A stretch of DNA of 63,854 bases, the filler included, from Nemertoderma westbladi (taxonomy: Eukaryota; Animalia; Xenacoelomorpha), in NCBI GenBank assembly GCA_032718475.1. It is 3 parts of 3 records of this genome, joined end to end, with 100 filler letters (N's around TTAATTAATTAA, not from the genome) between each part and the next. Parts side by side here need not be neighbours in the genome. Positions count along the whole stretch, not along the records: positions 28,762 to 52,671 come from JAUCBJ010003828.1; 2 more parts are not named here. One strand, 5' to 3'. Numbering within the stretch: the first letter of the stretch is position 1; every line of letters starts with the position of its first letter. This document shows positions 35,646 to 46,200 of this stretch, in pieces. The notes beneath the pieces are model-generated. The model was given only the letters and a program-made list of their open reading frames with translations, was not told where the DNA came from and did not search any database. The translations under genes and the position numbers were made by a program.

Positions 35646-38522
35646 TTAGAGTTCCAGGGTCATTAAAAATATTGCTTTCCGTAACGATGTGGTGTTTGGT
35701 GGGATCCCCTCGCAGATTGTATAATGTAAGTTCGTATCCGCAGCGCGGTGACACAGTTTGCATATGCAGGTATCAGTCGGTCGCCAGCATTTTGGCGTGT
35801 CGCAGCATCGTTGGTGGCAGCCGTTAACAATCAGCTGAGCGGCCGCGCGACGCCTGAACCCGTATAGGGGCTCGATGTCTAGGCCAGTGCTGCCCATACC
35901 GTTATTATCGATAACTTCGAGTAAGTCCGTTGAAGAGGAGTACTTTGAGATACCCGCCCACATCTTCCAGTAAAACGCGCGGGTCCGTCTCACATGATCC
36001 AAGCCGTCAAGATCACCTGTCGTAAATATCTCACACCCATAAGTCACTGTAGGTCGGACAATGCCTAGCCACAACCTCTTTGCTGAACGCATCGAGATCG
36101 AGGTCAACTTAACTTTACAAGCCAAGCGAGCACAACATGCTATTCCTTTATTGTATAGGTGTTGGTAATGAGCCGATGGACCATTTTGGGTTGACAAAAC
36201 TACTCCGAGGTATTCGAAACTTCTTACGAATTGTATTTGTTTTCCATTAAATAGTAAAATATCATCGTTTGAAAAACGTCCTCCGTTTCTACATTTCACA
36301 GCTTTAGTCTTTGTGAGATTAACTGATAATTTATTTAACAAGCAGAACTCAGCAAGTTTGTTAAGAGAGGCCTGCACGTCGTTGATTGATTCTCCATATA
36401 TTACTAAATCATCTGCGTACATAAGTACATAACATGACGCTAATGCGATTGCTGCTGGTAGATCATATACAAATATGCTAAACAGTAATGGTGACAGCTT
36501 ATCCCCTTGGAGAACTCCAATGGTCTGTGCTATGGGATTTATTACATATCTTCCGACACATATGCATACATAGTTTACCGCTAGTATAGACCACAGAATG
36601 GTAATGAACTTTCTGCTTACCCCGCATATTGATAGCTTCTTCATTAAAAGCTGACGATCAACCGAATCGAAGGCTTTTGTGAAATCTACGAACACACAGT
36701 ATACATGCCCACCCGAGTTGCTGAGGACGGAGTTAATGTATTCGTATAGCCGCCGTACCGCCATAATGGTTGATCTGGATTTGCGAAAACCAAATTGCTC
36801 ATCCGGCAGGATTCCTGTAGATTCGGCCCAGCAGTATAATCGTCCACAGAGAATCGACGTATACACTTTCAACATACAGCATAGGAGGGCAATCCCACGG
36901 TAATTTCCAGGCTCAGACTTAGCCCCCTTTCCTTTGAATAATGGTATAAGGTAGGCATATAGCCATGCTGCAGGACAAGTTGCTGTAGTAAAACACAGTT
37001 GGATTAGCATTAATAAATATGGGAGCGCACCCACCGATATCTGCTTGATCACATCATTTGTTATACCGTCTGGCCCCGGCGCTTTCCCTGACTTTTGTTT
37101 CCTGATTGTGTCCGCAACTTCTTCACTTTCTATTGGCTGATCTAAATAGTTATTGGGTTGTTCTGGAACTGTTGGTTGAGACAAGGATTCATTCGCTGCT
37201 AGTAATGTGGCGAAATGATCATTCCAGGATTCTGCTGATACATGTTGAGCAGTGGGTTTTTGTTGCTGCTGATGTTTAATAATATTCCAGAAATTTGATC
37301 TGTCATTTTCGCATTCCAGAATTATTTTGGTCTCCTGGTTATGTAGAAATAGTTTTTTCTTACGTTTAAGCAGTATCTTATAGCGTGATTGTAATTCCCG
37401 ATATAGTAAGCGAGTTTCTTCGTTTGGATTTTCTTTCATAGACCTGAGACTGCTACATACATCATTCTTAGTGTTTCGGCATTCAACGTCAAACCACCGG
37501 TTTAATTTTCTAGGTCTCGCTGGGGTTGCAGATATCCTAATAGCGTTCGTTATGTACTCATTGAGATCGGTTACACCCTTGTTAGCTGCGTCCATACATT
37601 TATTCAGGTTAAGCTCATATGAGAGTTTGTCTACGTCGACCTTCTTTATCGCTGTAGTGCGCGGTATCTTTGTTTTCAATCCATTACATTGAAGGTTCAC
37701 TCGAACACGCTGATGCTTTGTGTTAACTGTTGGTTGCACGTTTATATCAACCATGTCTATCAGTGACGCATCAACAAAGAATAAATCAATTGCACTGCTT
37801 CCATTCCAACAATAGTAGGTCGGTATTACAGGATCATTAATGCACTGAAGGTTTGCTCCCATAAGCCCACTACACAATACATTGCCCCTTTCACCTGAAG
37901 CGTCTATTCTACAGTTAAAATCACCATATACAATTATTGGTTTTCCTGTCTTCTTTCGAACATCTGAGATCATAGGTATGAGTTCTAGTAAAATATCTGA
38001 TACATATGTCTGTGGAGTGTAATAACACGCCATAAAGACATAGTCACCGCAGGCTATAGCAATGGTAGAACTGCTGGAGGTAATTTCTTTACAGTTAACA
38101 TTGTATTTCGAATTCACTGAGATTGCGATTCCACCAGACGGACGGCCTGTCTCGTTTTTATCACAGGGAACATTGAATGTTACATACCCAGGAAGGTTAA
38201 TCTCACTCGCAAGAGTCTCAGTCATCAAAATAACATCGGATGTCACGAAAGTTTCATCTAAAGTTGTATCAATTGTTGAATTAATTCCTTCTACATTCCA
38301 TGCAACAATAAGTAGTTGACCATCTGCGTCACTTTCTGTTGTTTCATAAGGGAAAGGTAAGTGACTGAGATTTTCTAAGTTCTCTAGAGTTTGGAAGCGT
38401 AGACAGTGAGAGTAATGTTTCCCAAGGCTTGCTTTATACCGGTATACCTTTTTACATCCAGAGCAACACAATATTGTCCTGTTTTCTGGCAGGTTTATGT
38501 CTGAGTCTTTAATCAATATCAT
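35646..38522 (-). CDS. Intact ORF2 of an APE-type non-LTR retrotransposon (family A, tentatively RTE-X-like): N-terminal zinc finger + APE endonuclease + RT + Cys/His-rich C-terminus
   Basis: 958 aa. APE motifs WNVEG, MTET, GDFN, PTY, SAIDLFF. RT motifs KAPGPDGI, NYRGIALL, EQFGFRKSRST, FVDFTKAFDSV, GVLQGDKLSPLLF, YADD, YLG. 3' UTR may extend to a GAAATT repeat near 35363. Confidence 0.93.
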   Translation of the reverse strand: MILIKDSDINLPENRTILCCSGCKKVYRYKASLGKHYSHCLRFQTLENLENLSHLPFPYETTESDADGQLLIVAWNVEGINSTIDTTLDETFVTSDVILMTETLASEINLPGYVTFNVPCDKNETGRPSGGIAISVNSKYNVNCKEITSSSSTIAIACGDYVFMACYYTPQTYVSDILLELIPMISDVRKKTGKPIIVYGDFNCRIDASGERGNVLCSGLMGANLQCINDPVIPTYYCWNGSSAIDLFFVDASLIDMVDINVQPTVNTKHQRVRVNLQCNGLKTKIPRTTAIKKVDVDKLSYELNLNKCMDAANKGVTDLNEYITNAIRISATPARPRKLNRWFDVECRNTKNDVCSSLRSMKENPNEETRLLYRELQSRYKILLKRKKKLFLHNQETKIILECENDRSNFWNIIKHQQQQKPTAQHVSAESWNDHFATLLAANESLSQPTVPEQPNNYLDQPIESEEVADTIRKQKSGKAPGPDGITNDVIKQISVGALPYLLMLIQLCFTTATCPAAWLYAYLIPLFKGKGAKSEPGNYRGIALLCCMLKVYTSILCGRLYCWAESTGILPDEQFGFRKSRSTIMAVRRLYEYINSVLSNSGGHVYCVFVDFTKAFDSVDRQLLMKKLSICGVSRKFITILWSILAVNYVCICVGRYVINPIAQTIGVLQGDKLSPLLFSIFVYDLPAAIALASCYVLMYADDLVIYGESINDVQASLNKLAEFCLLNKLSVNLTKTKAVKCRNGGRFSNDDILLFNGKQIQFVRSFEYLGVVLSTQNGPSAHYQHLYNKGIACCARLACKVKLTSISMRSAKRLWLGIVRPTVTYGCEIFTTGDLDGLDHVRRTRAFYWKMWAGISKYSSSTDLLEVIDNNGMGSTGLDIEPLYGFRRRAAAQLIVNGCHQRCCDTPKCWRPTDTCICKLCHRAADTNLHYTICEGIPPNTTSLRKAIFLMTLEL

Positions 38523-38534
38523 AGAGTTTGTTTG

Positions 38535-38725
38535 TCAATCCATTGTGGGGTCGTTAGCGCCAGGACCAGCTCGAATTTCCGGGTCGATATTAACCTCGAC
38601 TCCGCTAGCTCGATCATTATCCCTGACCCGTGGTTTCAATCCAAGAGAGGTTCGTTCCGCGTTTACTAATACTAGAGAATATAAGACCGGTAAACCAGTG
38701 TCAGCGTTGCGATAAAGATATGCAC
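38535..38725 (-). pseudogene. Probable C-terminal remnant of ORF1 of the same element
   Basis: Open, GC-richer frame whose stop lies 12 nt upstream of the ORF2 ATG; no recognisable domain. Confidence 0.4.
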
Positions 38726-38765
38726 ATACTGTAATGTGTAAACTAATGTACATCGAATACATTAT

Positions 38766-41617
38766 ATATATATTGAAGATACGCCCCCAATCGGGGCAAA
38801 TTGGGTAGGCCAGGTAAATTTATAAAAAGCACAGCACATAATTTTCAATAGATTTAAATAAAAACAATTCTAAAATTAAATATAGCTAAAAATAAAGTTA
38901 AGAGTGGTGGAAGTGAGATGTATTTACAACGATAGTTGAGATAGCGATGGGCACGTGGGGCAAACCAGAGCGTGGTAGCGGTCTTTGGCAGACCCGTCGC
39001 AGTACCGGCATGCGCAGCCGTCGGATAGGTCGTGGAAGGGGACTGAGTTCCTGCACAGTTTATGGTGGAAACCGTGCGAGGTTGACCTCGTTATGAGATG
39101 GCGGTTTCGCTGGCCAGGTAATTTCCAGCCAGAAGATGAGAACCCGGGACCGAGTGCGTAACCAGCCGCGATGAAGTTAGCCTCCCGCTCCTCCCTGAAG
39201 TTAGAGTATAGGGCGAGAGAGTTAGTATCGAAAATATTTGGATGCATCTTGCAAATGTCTTCCACCAATGACTTCTCGCCGATCAGATTGAGGGCCATCG
39301 TGGAGGAGGCAGAGGTGTGCAAGTTTAGCATTTTCTTAATAAATGTCGTTTTTATCTTGTCTATATCTTTTAGTTGCGGGAGTTTAAGGAAAGGAGCAAT
39401 CTCAGGCAGTGCATATAATATCATTGGGGCAATTTTCATGTTGAAAATCCGTAAACCGGTTTCTACAGATAAGAGAGGTAAATTATTTATTGAGCCAATT
39501 ACACTGTACGATTTCTTTTTTTTGATTTGATATGTTCACTGAAGCATAGAGAAGGCTGGAGGATTACACCTAGATATTCGTATTTATTTGTCACGAAGAC
39601 ATTGGAACCAGCATAAGTGAATTTGTCGTTCAGTGCTAGACGGCCACCTTTCCTAAATTTTATGATTTTTGTTTTGGTGAGGTTTACTTCCATGCCATTA
39701 ACAATGCACCACTGATGAAGAACGTCTAAGCCCTGTTGAATGTCTTCCCGTGTTGAAGAGTAAAATACAAGGTCGTCTGCAAAGAAAATGAACTTAATAG
39801 TTGCTGCTACTTGACGCAAAATGAAGGCGAGGTCTGCGATGAGGATCAGGAAACATGTGGGGCTGAAGCAGTCACCCTGGAGCACACCCCGGAGTTGGTG
39901 TATAATATTTGATAATTTTACTCCATCGAAAACGCGAATATTATTATCCAATAACGCCCGTATCAGGTTATATAGCTTTCCTTTTATACCAGCTGCGTGG
40001 ATTTTGGATAGGAGTTTGATTCGACTAACCATATCAAAAGCTTTGCGAAAGTCAACGAATGCAGCATAAAGCACGCGTTCGTTTTTGTTGGTTGAGTTTA
40101 AGCGCGTGGAGATATCCTTTAGAAGATTTCACAGAGCGTCAATAGTAGATTTCCCAGGGGAAAATCCATATTGTTCCGGTGGTATATATTTGATAAAGGA
40201 TAACCATTTACGAACTCGTTTGTCGATTACAGAGGTTAGCGTTTTCAAGAGGACGCACAGAAGCGCTATCCCTCTATAATTATCAGGATTTGTGACGGGG
40301 CCCTTTCCTTTGTAGATGATAATTAAGATGCTTTCTCTCCAAATTGTAGGTAGTTTGCCAATATACAAACAGGTGTTGAAAAGTAGCGTGATTGTGGTGA
40401 GAAGGACCGAGGAGGAGAGTTTTAGATGTTCGTAGTAGATTCTGTCCGGCCCACACGCCTTCTTATTGGCCGCTGAGGATATTACTTTGTTTACCTCCTG
40501 CTGAGTGAAGGGTTCGTTGTACCATTCGATTTCTAATTGTTCGACTTCCGATGGGCATGGCTCTTCATCACAATTGGGGGGATTGTTCGGTACCCCAAGA
40601 AGGTTCTGGAAGTGGCTCTCCAGCCGGTTGGAATCAATTGGTGCCACTGAGGGGGTGTGACTTTTGAATAGAGCCCATGGTTTGACTTCAGCTTTATTGA
40701 GTTTTTCCAGCAATTGCTGGTCCTCGTATGATTTGCGTTTTCCTTTTAGTAGGTTTTTATATGATTTGCGGAGGTTCCAGAAAGTTAGTTTATCCCTGTC
40801 CGAATTATTCCGGTTATTCATTGCAACCATCAGGGAGTTCTTTGCCACCATGCAATTTGAATCGAACCAAGGTTTTCCATTGTGGTTAGTAGGGGCTCTC
40901 TTCCGGGCCGTTGAGTTAACGATAATTTCCGTAAGTTGAGTTGATGCCTGCTCAATGTCCATATCAGCAGTAAGTAGGTTGCAGACATTTCCCAATGTAC
41001 CATTCTGGGCCAGTTTGGAGATGATTAACTTTCTGCTTAACGGGGTTGGGCGTTTAGTTACTGTAATTGATGGGTAGTTAAGTCTGATGACTAAGGAAAG
41101 TCGTTGGTGTTTTCGAATTGCGTTTTGAGCAATATCGACCATTGGCAATGTCAACGGTATGAATCCTGCGTATCGTATATATAACAGATCTATTACACTT
41201 TCGCCTTGTGGCGATATGTATGTTGGAGTGCTGCATTGATTTAGCAGAGAGAACCCAATGTTGGAGAAATAGTCCATTAATTTGTCTCCGCGCGAGCCAG
41301 CATCAAGCCGGCAGTTAAAATCTCCGCCAACAATGATAACTTTTTTATTATCAACGAGAGATAACGCGTGCGATATGTCCAACACAATATCCTCAACCGG
41401 GAGCTCCGGGGTAAAATAAAATAGTAGGCAATACGCGCAGATAGTTTCCACTATTATGTAGTTGTTTGTACGGGATATCATGGAGGGGTTCAGTTTTGGT
41501 TTGCAAAGTATGGTGAGGCCACCGGACGGTCGCCCTCGTCGTGGTTTTGTAGCCGGTTGTATAAAAGCTGAATAAGTGTTGCTGTTAAAAGTTTCTTTAA
41601 TTGAGAGGGTTTCGGTA
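38766..41617 (-). mobile_element. 5'-truncated non-LTR retrotransposon (family B) with 2 frameshifts and a 30-bp TSD
   Basis: ORFs 40129-41481 (APE GDFN, PTY, RKHQ; RT start), 39499-40074 (FADD) and 38924-39439 (Cys/His tail). 3' hairpin GCCCCGATTGGGGGC plus (TA)n tail. GTGTAAACTAATGTACATCGAATACATTAT at 38736-38765 and 41618-41647. Confidence 0.92.
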
Positions 41618-41939
41618 GTGTAAACTAATGTACATCGAATACATTATTGAATACATAATATCTAATACATCTAATATAAAACAAATATGAAAAGTTACTC
41701 GAAACCGAAACACGTTCTAATGTGGTTGTAAAATTTTATCGCGCCATTGGAACGCCTTTGCCAAAAAAAATTCCAGACAATTAATTTTTTCAATAGAGTT
41801 TAATCCTACTAAGTCTTTATATTTATTTAATGTGGGGTTTCCGTGGTAACGGGCAGACAAATGAATAAACTCTGAGATCCTAAGAGACTGCTCATTTTAG
41901 CAAAAAGTGATATTCCACCCTTAATAACCGAAAACATAC

Positions 41940-43058
41940 AAACTAGTGACGTGGGTTTACGTAACAATATGGAACCTGGTAAACTAGTGGCGTGGGTCTA
42001 CGTAACAATATGGAACCTGGTAAACTAGTGGCGTGGGTTTACGTAACAATATGGAACCTGGTAAACTAGTGGCGTGGGTCTACGTAACAATATGGAACCT
42101 GGTAAACTAGTGGCGTGGGTTTATGTAACAATATGGAACCTGGTAAACTAGTGGCGTGGGTCTACGTAACAATATGGAACCTGGTAAACTAGTCGCGTGG
42201 GTTTACGTAACAATATGGAACCTGGTAAACTAGTCGCGTGGGTTTACGTAACAATATGGAACCTGGTAAACTAGTGGTGTGGGTCTACGTAACAATATAT
42301 ATTAATTCGATACACCCCCAGGCGGGGTAAATGGAAACCAGTAAAATTTATGTACATAAATAAATAGAAAATAAATTGAATACAATTATTAGTTATTGAG
42401 ATGCGAGACGGGAAAGTGGAGGGCAGTCGCTGCAGTTCAATGCATGATATCGTCGTGTACATGGGAGGTTACAGTACTGACATATACATTCGGTGGATAG
42501 CGAGTGGAAAGGCGTTTGGTTGACGCAGATTAGGTGGTGGAACCCATGGGCGGTCGCACGAGTAATAACGTGCCTGTTACGCTGACCTGCCATCTTCCAA
42601 TGGGAATTCTGGAATCCGGGGCCGTCCAGAAAAGATTCTGTGATGAAGTTGTTGTTACGTTCGCGTCGGTGCTCGCGGTATCTGGAGGAGACGTCATCAG
42701 TTAATAAGTCTGGATATTTCAATAGTACTGCGGCCATAAATGGAGGTTCGTTAATCAAGTTTAGAGCGAGTGTAGAGGAGGCTGATGTGTGGAGAGACAA
42801 CATTCTTTTGATGTGTTGAGTCTTTATTTTATCCAATTCTTTAAGGTTCTGTAATGTTAGGTATTTACCAATACTAGTAACAATATGGAACCTGGTAAAC
42901 TAGTGGCGTGGGTTTACATAACAATATGGAATCTGGTAAACTAGTGGCGTGGGTCTACGTAACAATATGGAACCTGGTAAAGTAGAGGCGTGGGTCTACG
43001 TAACAATATGGAACCTGGTAAACTAGTGGCGTGGGTTTGCGTAACAATATGGAACCTG
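41940..43058. repeat. 41-bp minisatellite (AAACTAGTGGCGTGGGTYTACGTAACAATATGGAACCTGGT), interrupted by a LINE fragment
   Basis: ~8.7 copies left and ~4.4 copies right of the insertion; TTTAC and TCTAC variants mostly alternate. Confidence 0.95.
42299..42876 (-). mobile_element. Heavily 5'-truncated family-B non-LTR element inserted in the 41-bp satellite
   Basis: ORF 42393-42836 is homologous to 38924-39439 (LHTSASST.ALNLI, GPGF, GQRNRH.ITR, HGFHH). 3' hairpin ACCCCGCCTGGGGGT plus TA tail. TSD GTAACAATAT (42289-42298 / 42877-42886). Confidence 0.9.
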
Positions 43059-45300
43059 ACAATTATATGTCTTTATTACAACAAAGCGTTGTGTTAAAAT
43101 TAAATTAAAATTAATTATTAAAAGTTATTAAATTAAAAATAAATATATATTAAAAGTTATATAAATCAGCCTGAATGGGGGTCGTCCCCATGTCGGAGTT
43201 CCGCTATAATTATAATTTGTAGTTGAGGTGAGCGGCTAGTTGTAGTAGTGTTAAATTTAGATGGCCTAATGACTGACAATCAAGATAGTGTGAATATTCC
43301 TCCGCAGGTTGACCACAGAGACGACAGATACAACCTGTGACCGGCCTCCAACATTTATTGGTGCGGCAGATATATGATGGAAAGCATTAGATAGGAACTG
43401 CGCCGCAAAGCGGCGTCTCTTTCCTTGCAAATTGACCAATGATATTTTGGCATCCTTTGGGTTGTCAACAGCGCGGAGGATCCTAGTTGGTGACGCATAT
43501 TTGGATAGGCCCGACCAGAGTTTCCAGTAAAACCCCCGTGCTTTAATAATGTGCTCTAGAGATTGAAGCGACTCTGCATACTCGTTACCAAATAATGCTG
43601 CCCCGTGAGATACTGTCGGAAATATAACCGCCGACCAAAGTTTTGTATCAGTTTCCATTGAGGTGAGCAATAGATTTACTTTGCTAGACAGACGTAGGCA
43701 AGCAGCGATACCGCGCTTGTAGAGGTAATCGCAGTGACACGACGCTGAGTTTTTAGTCGAAAGTGTTACTCCAAGATAGTTAAAATAGCTGACAAACTCG
43801 ATTTGTTGTTTGTCATAAAACAGCTTATCTGAAAACGCGAGACTTCCACCTCTGCGAAATTTTATCGCTTTCGTCTTGGTAAGATTACAATATGTTTTCA
43901 GTTTATCCAGAGCTTGCTGTATTTCATGAATTGAATGCCCAAAAATAGCAAGATCATCTGCGTACATTAGGAGGCCGATTCCAATTAGAGCGACTGGGTG
44001 GTCGGCGACAAGAGGCTGAAGAGCAAGGGAGAGAGTTTATCGCCTTGGATTACTCCAACCATTTGTTCTATTGGATCGGAAAGGTAAGCACCAACGCAAA
44101 TACAGATGAAGTTGGTAGCAATAAGGGCCCATATTACATGGATAAATTTTCGGCTGACCCCTAAATAGGAGAGCTTGGTACAGAGTTTCACTATATCCAC
44201 TGTGTCAACGAACACGCAATATAACTTTCCACCAGGAGTTGACAATGCCAGCGAAATTGCAGCACGAAGTCGGCGGATTGCATCTAGTGTTGATCTCATT
44301 TGTATAAAACCATATTGTATATCAGGGAGAATATTAGTGAGTTCCGACCAAGTATATAGACGCCTTGATAATATAATATTGATGTGAAAACCTTCAAGAT
44401 GCATGAAACCAGTGCGATGCCGCGGTACGAATCTGGGGAGCTCTTTGGGCCTTTCCCTTTGTAGAGCGGGATGATGAAAGATGTCAGCCACACAGTTGGA
44501 CATGTAGCCAGTGAGAAACATACCGAAAGGAGAGCTATTAAAAAAGGGTAGAAATGGCCATGACCAGCCCTTAGAGCTGCAGCCGTCACACCGTCTGGGC
44601 CGGCTGCTTTTCCGGACTTCAACCCAGAGACTTCAGCCTCCGTTATTTCCTCATTTACAATTGGTCGATAGAGGAAAGGAACTTGGATATTCACACTAGC
44701 TGGAGGTTGTGGTACCGAGTCTCGGCTGAATAACTTTGAGAAGTGTGCTTCCCAGTTCTCAGCTGCAGATTGTTGAGCAACTGTTGTTCCCTTCTTGGCG
44801 GAGATTACTATCCAAAATTCCTTCTGGTCAGCTTCACATCGCTTTACCAATTTCAGTTCACTCTGTGTTTTATACAGTTTCTTTTTGGAGCGAATAGTTG
44901 ATTTATATAACGATTGGAGGTTTCTGTACTCCTCATATTGATCGGGTGAAGGGTTTTCAGGCAGAGATCGCTTCAGTGATTTCAGTTGTTTATTGAGAAG
45001 GAAGCAGGTTCTATCGAACCATGGCTTTGATTTTTTACATCGCGGGATTTCTCTGGATTGAGTGATTGCACTCACTATGTCATCACAGGCCGAGTCGCCT
45101 TCGTTTAAAGCATTACTGAAGTTATTCCAGTTTAGTGCTTCTGCCAGTTTATCTGTGTTAATAGATCGAATTGTAACAGGGCGTTTAGACCTTGTATGGT
45201 CTGGGCAATCAGCTGGAATTCGAGCCATAGACGCGTTGATGTTTTGTGTTGATTGTATGTAGGACCTCTATATTTATTCTGTTGATCGATAGCAGGCGTA
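43059..45300 (-). mobile_element. Degenerate 5'-truncated family-A non-LTR element (several frameshifts)
   Basis: ORFs 44296-45228 (KAAGPDGV, SYRGIAL), 43985-44521 (QGDKLSPLLF) and 43266-43967 (YADD, RGFYWKLWSGLSKY, RRRFAAQF). HTINTKHQRV APE end near 45230-45270. Confidence 0.9.
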
Positions 45301-45824
45301 TACAAAACGTATCGCCTTAGAAACCGGCGATTCGCCTTCTCTGTTGTTAAGGTACCAACTCTGGTGGCAGGCCGGCCAATTTTACAGTTGTATAACTAAG
45401 TGTGAATTAGTAAATGAAACAATTGTGTCTTACGAGTTGATATCGCCTTATATCTCATTGGTTGACATGATCACATCACTTTCTTTCATCTTACTACTGT
45501 TGGGCAATTATGTTCTTGGGGCTTCAGTAGCTGAGTTGATGAACTCAGCTACTGGCTTATTATTTCTTCTTGCTAATATTGTTAAATTGGCACCAAATCA
45601 TTTTGTAATGGGAGTGCGTAGCGGATTAAATCCACTAGCCGGTCACATCTCAATCTCCTCACTAATCACTTAATATCTCTTTATTCATCCCGTCCCATGG
45701 ACTCCACGTTATAGTCCACACACTCGCTTACTTCACGCTCCCTGAATCCACATTTTCCGGCTTCTCTTTCCTCATTTACTCCCCACTATACTCTCCATGA
45801 ACCCGTAATTACCCATGCATGCAC

Positions 45825-46200
45825 TTAAGGGAGGCCCTCAGGTCAAAATTTTCATTTTTTGTTGTTTTATTTCATCTAGAGTAGAATTTAATGCGGATTT
45901 CAAATCTGGAAACATCTTAGCGAGATCTCTTTTACTTCTCGAGTAATGGCTGGTTTTCCGTCTGTATGTCTGTCTGTCTGTCTATCGAAATATTAAAAAG
46001 GGCATAAAATAAGCAATCTGAAATGTTTACTGTTAGGATTTTTCTTAATGTCGATGTCTGTTTTAATATTTGGAATTATCTAATCACTATGTCTGTATCT
46101 CAGTCTGTCTCTCAGTTTGTCTGTCTGTTTGTATGTCTGTCTGTCTGTCAACATGTCTGTCAAATTTTAATTAATATATATTTAATAGATATTTGTGAGT
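45825..46200. mobile_element. Probable non-autonomous element with (TCTG)n microsatellite
   Basis: Begins TTAAGGGAGGCCCTCAGG; (TCTG)n tracts at ~45960 and ~46090-46160; second end not found. Confidence 0.35.

Noticed and set aside
45380-45620. Crypton/tyrosine-recombinase remnant on the minus strand
   Set aside because: Only vague resemblance, multiple stops, catalytic HxxR/H/Y not identifiable.
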